From an uncultured Nitrospiraceae bacterium (lineage in GTDB: Bacteria; Nitrospirota; Thermodesulfovibrionia; Thermodesulfovibrionales; SM23-35), in contig CAVSHB010000002.1 of NCBI GenBank assembly GCA_963727775.1, positions 800,001 to 864,000 of the forward strand: DNA of 64,000 nt, given 5' to 3'. Position 1 is the stretch's first letter. Each line of letters begins with the position of its first letter. A program made the position numbers and the translations under genes. Under the pieces are notes generated by a model that did no database searches, was not told the DNA's origin, and was given only the letters and a program-made list of their open reading frames with translations. This document shows positions 61,961-64,000 of this stretch, one piece after another.

Positions 61961-62920
61961 ATGAAGAACATTGTAGTCATCGGTGGTGGAACAGGTAGTT
62001 ATACTATCCTTAAAGGATTGAAAGCTTATACAGATCAATGTAGTCTCACTGCCATAGTCTCTATGATGGATAGCGGAGGCGACACTGGCGTATTAAGAGA
62101 CGAATATGGGGTTCTGCCCCCAGGGGATATTAGGAGATGTTTGGTTGCTCTCTCAGAAGAAACAGAACTAATCAAAAAATTGTTTCAATTCAGATTTTCT
62201 AAGGGCTCTTTGAAAGGCAAAAATTTTGGAAACATTTTTTTAACCGCCTTATCTGAAATAATGGGTAGTGACGAACTGGCTATAAGGGAGACAGGAACGA
62301 TACTTAAGATTAAAGGTGAAGTATTTCCTGTGACTTTAGATAAAGTAGATTTATGTGCCGAGTTGGAAGATGGCACTATTGTAAGAGGTGAAACAAATAT
62401 TGACATCCCAAAACATAACCCGACAGTACTAATTAAACGTGTCTTTCTTGACCCCAAGGCAAGGGCTTATTCTGATGCTGTGAAAGCTATTTTAAAAGCT
62501 GATGCAATTATTATGGGACCTGGAGACCTCTATACTAGTATCATCCCTAACTTTTTGGTTTCAAGAATACCGAAAGCTATTTGTGATTCAAAAGCAATTA
62601 AAATATATATATGTAATCTTATGACGAAGTATGGAGAGACCCATAATTATTCCGTTGCAGATCACCTCAAGACCATCTTACGCTATATTGGGGGGAAGAG
62701 CATTGATTATATGATCGTAAATAACGGCAAACCTTCCGTTGGATTATTAAAAAAATACGAAAGGGAAAAATCTTTCCCAGTCTTGTATAAAAATGAAGAA
62801 TTTTACGAATTCGGTGTTAAAAAAGTCATCGAAGCAGATGTAATGAACAAACGAATTCTTATCAGACATCATCCTGAGAGAATTGCAGAAGTGATTTTAA
62901 CGGTAATCAAAAAAAATTAA
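61961..62920 (+). CDS. YvcK/CofD-related (gluconeogenesis factor) protein
   Basis: VIGGGTG, DSGG, PPGDIRRC, GPGDLYTSIIPN, NLMT..GET, RH. Confidence 0.92.
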   Translation: MKNIVVIGGGTGSYTILKGLKAYTDQCSLTAIVSMMDSGGDTGVLRDEYGVLPPGDIRRCLVALSEETELIKKLFQFRFSKGSLKGKNFGNIFLTALSEIMGSDELAIRETGTILKIKGEVFPVTLDKVDLCAELEDGTIVRGETNIDIPKHNPTVLIKRVFLDPKARAYSDAVKAILKADAIIMGPGDLYTSIIPNFLVSRIPKAICDSKAIKIYICNLMTKYGETHNYSVADHLKTILRYIGGKSIDYMIVNNGKPSVGLLKKYEREKSFPVLYKNEEFYEFGVKKVIEADVMNKRILIRHHPERIAEVILTVIKKN

Positions 62921-63055
62921 ATGAAGGCACCATTTTTCATATAATGAGATATTGTATCTTTAATGCTTTTGTGCTAATTTTTATCTGTAGGTAGATAGGC
63001 AATTTCCTTGTGAGCTAAGTCTGAAAATCCTTTTACTATTAAGGGAGAAATTTGT

Positions 63056-64000
63056 GTGTCTAAATCCAAGCCATTAATAATGATATCCAAATTGTTGGTA
63101 GAGAAATATGGAGCTCTCGGGTTAAAAGCTGCTGAACGATTATCTCAGTGGTATTCAGGAGAAGTCCTTTATGCCTACCCGGAGATTATTGAAAAGCATC
63201 TGGAAGAAAAATATATAGATTTATTGTTTGATGCCTTTTGGCAAGTATTGCCATTTGGAACCGGTGGCCGTCGAGGCAAGGTGGGGTATGGCCCGAACCG
63301 GCTTAACGCTGCAACGATCGCTATGACTATTCAAGGCCATTGTAATTATTTGCGCAAGGCTTTTCCTAAAGAAAGAAATCTTGCTGTTGTCGTCGCTAAC
63401 GACGTGCGTGTTTTTAAAGATATCTCTGGTGTCTATGAATTCCTTGGAAAAAATCATCCTTTGTTGGGAGTATCTTCCCGGTCATTGGGGAAATTAGCTT
63501 GTGAGATTTACGCTGGCAATGGGGTTGTGGCTTTTTTTGCGGAACCAAAGAATGAAAAAGCGATACTGAGCACACCGGAACTCTCTTTTTTGATAAGCAA
63601 TCTTAAAGAAAAATGTTTCAAGGTTATAGGTGGAATCAACCTCTCTGCTTCTCACAATCCGCCAGATGACAACGGCGTGAAGGTTTATGATGAATTTGGA
63701 AGTCAACCTATTGCACCAAATGATCAACTTTTGGCAGACGTTGTGGAGCAAGTAACTGAAATCCACAGCCTGCCTTTTGATAAGGCGCTCGCGCAAGGAC
63801 TCATCCGCGGGATCCCTGTGGAATTGCATCTGGAATATATTGAGACCTACGTCAAAATATACAATAATATTTATAAACCTGAGATGGATGTACCAATTAT
63901 TTATACCCCTTTATGTGGATGCGGGCTTACAACGGTTGGCGACGTACTCAAGCATCTGGGATTCCCCTTTTTAGTACCGCCTGACCAAGGGCCAGACGGG
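63056..64000 (+). CDS. Phosphoglucomutase/phosphomannomutase family protein (runs off the window end)
   Basis: GTG after AAGGGAG; open frame with FGTGGRRG, STPELSF, SASHNPPDDNGVK; absent from the ORF track because there is no stop in the window. Confidence 0.88.
   Translation, partial: MSKSKPLIMISKLLVEKYGALGLKAAERLSQWYSGEVLYAYPEIIEKHLEEKYIDLLFDAFWQVLPFGTGGRRGKVGYGPNRLNAATIAMTIQGHCNYLRKAFPKERNLAVVVANDVRVFKDISGVYEFLGKNHPLLGVSSRSLGKLACEIYAGNGVVAFFAEPKNEKAILSTPELSFLISNLKEKCFKVIGGINLSASHNPPDDNGVKVYDEFGSQPIAPNDQLLADVVEQVTEIHSLPFDKALAQGLIRGIPVELHLEYIETYVKIYNNIYKPEMDVPIIYTPLCGCGLTTVGDVLKHLGFPFLVPPDQGPDG

Overview
Bacterial chromosomal window; the gene set (lpxC, TolC, gatC, sigma-54 regulator, Memo/AmrB next to dnaB) indicates a diderm, and the protein sequences suggest a Nitrospirota/deltaproteobacteria-like organism (inference). 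Core blocks: nfo, lpxC, mtnP, yebC-DUF502-glmU-glmS, uvrD-gatC-panD and rplI-dnaB-amrB-rplU-rpmA-obgE. Accessory highlights: (1) a fluoride-response gene run with three crcB-class riboswitches, in front of a cation/H+ antiporter plus USP, a dynamin-like GTPase and an enolase, with no Fluc or CLC-F exporter in the window; (2) a TetR-headed efflux cluster with RND, MacAB and EmrAB pumps and a single TolC, in which emrA and emrB are separated by a ~7 kb island; (3) inside that island, a DUF4062/TIR-like effector fused to an apparently inactivated DnaB C-terminal domain (candidate helicase-decoy anti-phage protein), DUF1156 methylase and liv remnants, and five toxin-antitoxin modules, three with a broken toxin and an intact antitoxin; (4) a plant-type threonine synthase plus cystathionine gamma-synthase pair; (5) IS1380 and IS1182 elements with visible inverted repeats and target duplications, a TnpB-only IS605/IS1341 element, two families of structured intergenic repeats, and an unannotated 19-aa Lys/Ala micropeptide. 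All family assignments come from motif recognition by eye; no database searches were run.
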